From Seonamhaeicola sp. MEBiC01930 (GTDB taxonomy: Bacteria; Bacteroidota; Bacteroidia; Flavobacteriales; Flavobacteriaceae), in assembly GCF_045277075.1 (NCBI RefSeq), contig NZ_CP104270.1, positions 1,524,631 to 1,588,630 on the forward strand: a stretch of 64,000 bases of DNA, in the 5' to 3' direction. A model generated the notes under the pieces. The model did no database searches. It saw nothing but the letters and a program-made list of their open reading frames with translations, and was not told the DNA's origin. The position numbers and the translations under genes are program-made. Each line of letters begins with the position of its first letter. Positions within the stretch are counted from its first letter, which is position 1. Below, one piece after another: positions 60,064 to 64,000 of this stretch.

Positions 60064-60304
60064 ATTTTTTATCTAGTTTATTCATGAGGCGAACGTAAAC
60101 AAAAATTAATACTACAAAAACATACATTGCTCCTTGTTGTGCAAACCAAAACCCCAGTTTGAAACCGCCAAGTTTTATATTGTTTAATTGGTCTTTAAAT
60201 AAGACACCAGCGCCGTAGGATACTAAAAACCATATGGTTAATAAAATAATAAGATACCTAATGTTTTCTTTCCAATAGGCTTTTTGGTTAGTTTTGTTGG
60301 TCAT
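60047..60304 (-). CDS. DUF4212 small membrane protein (symporter-associated small subunit)
   Basis: 85 aa with two TM helices; conserved partner of SSF symporters; overlaps actP start. Confidence 0.75.
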   Translation of the reverse strand: MTNKTNQKAYWKENIRYLIILLTIWFLVSYGAGVLFKDQLNNIKLGGFKLGFWFAQQGAMYVFVVLIFVYVRLMNKLDKKYGYDE

Positions 60305-60453
60305 GATAAAAAAATTACGGTCTCTAAGATATGAAACGTAATTCTAATACTCTTACTCCGCAGATTATTAAATTAGCCACTGAAACTATTTAATTGGTTA
60401 TTTCAAGCAATAACTAAAGGCAATAGTTACAGTATTTTATAAAATGAGGTTAT

Positions 60454-60930
60454 TTAAACCTTTTTAATAACATTTGTAACAATGCCCCAAATTATAAACT
60501 CATTATCTGGTGTTACTTTAATTATAGGATAGTTAGGATTTTCTGGTTGTAACCATATTTCGTCTTGGTCTACTCTTAAGCGTTTTACTGTAAACTCGCC
60601 ATCTAAAAAACAAACAGCTATTTTGTTATTTTCAGGTTCTAGGCTTCTATCTATAACTAATAAATCATTATCATCTAATCCGGCACCAATCATAGATTGA
60701 CCACTTACACGGGCAAAAAAAGTAGCTTCTTTATTTTTTATTAACTCATTGTCTAAAGATAACCGCTGTTCTTGAATATCTTCTTTAGGCGAGGGAAATC
60801 CTGCCGAAATACCAGTGTCAAAATACAAGGCACCAAGAGAATCTTGAGAGTCTTCTGGAGAAAAGAAAGTTAAAGATTCTGTTTGGAGCTTAATCATATT
60901 ACTGCGTTTTAGTTCAAATGGCAAGGGCAA
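60454..60930 (-). CDS. S24 LexA/UmuD-like autoproteolytic peptidase domain protein with no N-terminal DNA-binding domain (UmuD-like)
   Basis: Ser-Lys dyad motifs SGQSM and TVKRL; no HTH; no adjacent umuC. Confidence 0.7.
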   Translation of the reverse strand: MPLPFELKRSNMIKLQTESLTFFSPEDSQDSLGALYFDTGISAGFPSPKEDIQEQRLSLDNELIKNKEATFFARVSGQSMIGAGLDDNDLLVIDRSLEPENNKIAVCFLDGEFTVKRLRVDQDEIWLQPENPNYPIIKVTPDNEFIIWGIVTNVIKKV

Positions 60931-60984
60931 ATAAAATAACCTTCTAAAGATACAGATTATTTGTATGTCTTTTGAGTTAAGAGA

Positions 60985-61527
60985 TTAAATTTCCAAAATA
61001 ACCAGATCTAAACTTTTATCTCCTTGAGAAAAGTTTTTTAAAAGCTTAAAATCAACAGCTTTGTGGGCATTAGTAGAACGCATATTTTTTACATCTATTA
61101 ATGTTATAATAGAGTCAAACTGATTTTGAAGAGTTTCCTTCATGAAATTGTAGAGCCCCCTGAAAACGCCCTGACCTCTATAATTTTTATCTACACAAAT
61201 TTGCCCCATGACAATATAATTCAGGTTTGTTTTAACTAGGGTATCTATTTGCTGAAACATGGGTTTTAATAGCTCTACATCTTCTCTAAACTCTTTTGTC
61301 ATGGAAAGGGCATACCCAATAACTTGGTTGTAATGTTTGGCAATAATATGAGCACAGACATTATTCATAGCTTGTAATACTATAAAGCTGTGGTGAACAG
61401 TTACAAAACCTTCTTTTTGTTTTTCTTTTTCCGATATGTAGGTGAGTAAGTTAAGTTTTTGAAGTTCTAAAATTTGATGTAATTCTTCATCATTTGAAGC
61501 TCGGGTGTATGTAATTTCAGAATGCAA
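60985..61527 (-). CDS. GNAT-family N-acetyltransferase
   Basis: acetyl-CoA-binding motif QICVDKNYRGQGVFRGLYN. Confidence 0.8.
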   Translation of the reverse strand: MHSEITYTRASNDEELHQILELQKLNLLTYISEKEKQKEGFVTVHHSFIVLQAMNNVCAHIIAKHYNQVIGYALSMTKEFREDVELLKPMFQQIDTLVKTNLNYIVMGQICVDKNYRGQGVFRGLYNFMKETLQNQFDSIITLIDVKNMRSTNAHKAVDFKLLKNFSQGDKSLDLVILEI

Positions 61528-61577
61528 TATTGATATTTAAATAATTTAAATAAAGGTACCGATTTTATACATTTGTT

Positions 61578-62126
61578 TTGATGATAAAACCTGACTTAAT
61601 AATAAGAGAACCAAATAAGCCCTTAATTAATAGAGTTCTAGTGTCACTTATTTATGCCACTTTTTTTACTTATATAGTATATTTATTTCAATACAAAGAA
61701 ATATTGAGGCATCCAGAGAAGTCTAATATTTTGGTTTTTTTAATAGTTCTACTCCTAATTATATTTTTATCAACATTTATGGTCATTGCTTCACACAGTA
61801 TTCATATAAGTACTATTGATAAAAAAATACAACACCAATATAGAGTAGGGGTTTTTAGGTACAGAGAAGTGTGGCAGGATTTAAATGACCTTGAGTATAT
61901 TTCGGTATTTAGAAGAGATGATAATTATTTGGTTAATTTATGGTATGAAGATAATGGAATATTAAACTTGATGGTTTTGAAAGATGATAAACAGTCTATT
62001 GAAAAAGGACTTTTTATTGCAGAAAAATTAAATATAGACCTATTAGATGCTAGAGAAAAAGGAAACCATAGATGGATTGACAAAAAAGCCACAAAAGAAA
62101 CAGGAGAAATTATTTATATAAGCTAA
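61578..62126 (+). CDS. hypothetical membrane protein
   Basis: two TM helices; no recognised domain. Confidence 0.4.
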   Translation: MMIKPDLIIREPNKPLINRVLVSLIYATFFTYIVYLFQYKEILRHPEKSNILVFLIVLLLIIFLSTFMVIASHSIHISTIDKKIQHQYRVGVFRYREVWQDLNDLEYISVFRRDDNYLVNLWYEDNGILNLMVLKDDKQSIEKGLFIAEKLNIDLLDAREKGNHRWIDKKATKETGEIIYIS

Positions 62127-62572
62127 AATAGTTCCAGTTTTTTAGTAATGTTATGCCCCATACGTTTATAGGTCACTTTGGTGCCATTTGCGCAAAAATG
62201 GTAGGTTCCTGCAGATTTATTTTCTGATACAGATAATAGTATTACATCTTCAAAATTACATTCTAAATCTTTAGCTACTTTCTTTTTAATATGTGTAATT
62301 GTGGCTCGCCCTTTTTTTAATTGATTCTGAATTTTGTTATCCAATTTAGGTTCTTCAAAGTTGGCAGTTATTTTACATGAATTAGTTTTAGCAAGTGTTG
62401 TATGATTAACTTCATTGGTAATAGCTTTTGGAACTTCTAAATCTATATATTCCCAAGTAAAGTCTGCTTTTAGTAATACACGCCTGCCATCATCTGTTTT
62501 AACAATATGATTGTTTTGCGAGAATGCTGATAATGACACAAATACTAAGGTTATAACTAAGAAAGACTTCAT
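62123..62572 (-). CDS. hypothetical secreted protein
   Basis: signal peptide; no recognised domain. Confidence 0.45.
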   Translation of the reverse strand: MKSFLVITLVFVSLSAFSQNNHIVKTDDGRRVLLKADFTWEYIDLEVPKAITNEVNHTTLAKTNSCKITANFEEPKLDNKIQNQLKKGRATITHIKKKVAKDLECNFEDVILLSVSENKSAGTYHFCANGTKVTYKRMGHNITKKLELF

Positions 62573-62617
62573 AATTAAAAAAGAATAAAAATTGATTTAT
62601 TTCAAAAATACAATTTA

Positions 62618-62833
62618 TTAACTTTCTATTTCAGAAGTATATTCTAAAATATCGGCAGGTTGACACTCTAATGCTAAACAAATAGCTTCTAAGGTAGAAA
62701 ACCTAATGGCTTTAGCTTTTCCAGATTTTAATATAGATAAATTTGCCGTAGTTATGCCAATTATTTCAGCCAACTCTTTACTTTTCATTTTACGTTTGGC
62801 CAGCATTATATCTAAGTTTACAATTATTGGCAT
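62618..62833 (-). CDS. XRE-family (Cro/C1-type) HTH transcriptional regulator, 71 aa
   Basis: HTH MKSKELAEIIGITTANLSILKSG. Confidence 0.8.
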   Translation of the reverse strand: MPIIVNLDIMLAKRKMKSKELAEIIGITTANLSILKSGKAKAIRFSTLEAICLALECQPADILEYTSEIES

Positions 62834-62835
62834 AA

Positions 62836-63360
62836 TTATATGGTTAATTTGTTTTCTTCTTCAGCATCCTTAGCTCTTTTAAATATTTCAGCTAGTAAAT
62901 AAAAAGCTAAACCTGCAGGAATTAAAAATGTAAATTCTCCTTTAAGCTGATTGAAAAAGCTGAGGTCTGATTCGCCTATAGCAGCCATTATTGATTTTAA
63001 AACTAAAACGTTAATAGTGTACCAAATGAATATATTTCCAATTTTTTTGAAGGACTTTATGTTTTTTTCACTAAAGTAGCTCCCTTTATCAATTTCTTTA
63101 AGAATTGATAAGAAATATGTAAACCCATAAATGAGGTAGCCTCTCCAGAAAAATAGACCTATATTAAGGATATGTATACTCCATTGAATAGCATTTTCTG
63201 TTCTAAACCAAGGCTCATTCTTATCAGCAGTTTTAGCCCAATTTTCAAATTCTTTAAATTGAGTAAAATCAAATTCTCGAACATCATTGAGTAAAACTGA
63301 AATTGATGAGAGTAATATTGCCCAAGTTATTATGGTTAAAATTCGTGTATTATCTTTCAT
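62836..63360 (-). CDS. DUF2975-like membrane protein, the usual partner of small XRE regulators
   Basis: 4-TM topology; C-terminus EEENKLTI; gene order with the XRE regulator. Confidence 0.55.
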   Translation of the reverse strand: MKDNTRILTIITWAILLSSISVLLNDVREFDFTQFKEFENWAKTADKNEPWFRTENAIQWSIHILNIGLFFWRGYLIYGFTYFLSILKEIDKGSYFSEKNIKSFKKIGNIFIWYTINVLVLKSIMAAIGESDLSFFNQLKGEFTFLIPAGLAFYLLAEIFKRAKDAEEENKLTI

Positions 63361-63363
63361 AAT

Positions 63364-63915
63364 TTAAATTGTTAAATCGTTTTCTTCTTGTATGTGTTTT
63401 CCCTTTTTCAAAACATCCAAGTATAGATATAATAAAAAGGCTATCACCAAATGTGCTAAAACAATAAAATAGTCATCCTCTAAGCGAATTCTCACACCTC
63501 GTATTAGAAATGAGGCGGTAAAAACTATAATATAAATTAAAGGCACCAAATTTAATATCAAGAAAAAGTGTAATCGTTTTAATGGCTTTGTTTCAAATAT
63601 CTTTTTTTCAATAAATACTTTCAGGAAATTTTTAAAGGCGTAAAAATAAATGGCATAATACAACATGGCAGACCACATAATAAGAATAGAATAATTAAAT
63701 GGTACACCTATACGCAAACCTAGTATAGGTACATTGATTTTTGAATGGTTTTCAAAAACTTCTACAAACGGAATTTGTATTCCAAATTTATATTCGAAAT
63801 AAGAAAGTATTGAAAATAACATTACAAAAAACAAAAAAAATGTAATGCTATAATATAATATCAAGGATGTAAAGTATGCTGATTTTTTCATTTTATTATC
63901 GTTTAACGATAACAA
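63364..63915 (-). CDS. DUF2975-like membrane protein, tandem paralog
   Basis: 4-TM topology; shared C-terminal motif EENDLTI. Confidence 0.5.
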   Translation of the reverse strand: MLSLNDNKMKKSAYFTSLILYYSITFFLFFVMLFSILSYFEYKFGIQIPFVEVFENHSKINVPILGLRIGVPFNYSILIMWSAMLYYAIYFYAFKNFLKVFIEKKIFETKPLKRLHFFLILNLVPLIYIIVFTASFLIRGVRIRLEDDYFIVLAHLVIAFLLYLYLDVLKKGKHIQEENDLTI

Positions 63916-64000
63916 AAATATATAAAATTATCGAAAAACAATAATTATTTTTTAAAATATTTTAATCGTGGAATAACAAAAGCATTAATTATATTTGTTT

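Noticed and set aside
1-64000. CRISPR arrays, rRNA genes, integrase/transposase/phage genes and restriction-modification systems
   Set aside because: No regularly spaced direct repeats with unique spacers, no rRNA-like conserved blocks, and no recombinase, transposase, methyltransferase or endonuclease motifs were found in any ORF. The tandem repeats at 7.2-9.8 kb are whole-gene duplications, not CRISPR.

Overview
This window is a low-GC chromosomal segment whose features point to a Flavobacteriia-type Bacteroidetes genome. Those features are T9SS C-terminal sorting domains, TAnnTTTG -7 promoter boxes, short leaders and bacilliredoxin. Most of the window is housekeeping: metG, mfd, tex, acs-actP, feoAB, rseP, ferritin, pepN-like M1 aminopeptidase, and a TonB-receptor/ZnuABC metal-uptake locus with a DtxR-family regulator.

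The unusual content is concentrated in two places.

1. Minus-strand region at about 32.5-37.8 kb. It holds a densely packed array of at least 14 tRNA genes with 4-7 nt spacers. Several members are non-canonical: a Leu(TAG)-like tRNA with no long variable arm, a member with a 5-nt anticodon loop, a His-like member with a broken T-stem, and one degenerate copy. Next to the array are circularly permuted tRNA halves. A tRNA-Met 3' fragment ending in CCA is followed 5 nt later by the matching 5' half, and a second Leu-like pair shows the same arrangement. A conserved ~100-150 nt non-coding element, with a hairpin that covaries between copies, occurs twice in the 5' leaders of an SPFH gene and a TerB gene. 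The region also contains a REP/MITE-like short repeat, an orphan terminator, a TPR protein with a poly-lysine tail, and two small immunity-like genes.

2. Region 7.2-14.1 kb. Three complete tandem transcription units, each with promoter, gene and terminator, encode ~195-aa paralogous secreted proteins. A fourth unit survives only as a remnant. They sit beside an AraC regulator and a 991-aa chimeric secreted protein whose architecture is CarboxypepD_reg + vWA + TonB plug without a barrel + TPR + an unknown C-terminal domain.

Smaller observations are a duplicated ~80-bp upstream motif before a 55-aa Cys/His ORF and a CMD-family gene, a 36-aa ORF with its own promoter and terminator, a minimal protein made only of a signal peptide and a T9SS CTD, an orphan S24 peptidase next to a GNAT gene, and an XRE-DUF2975-DUF2975 module.

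No CRISPR array, rRNA, integrase or transposase was recognised. All coordinates and tRNA identities were derived by eye and need tRNAscan-SE or Infernal confirmation.
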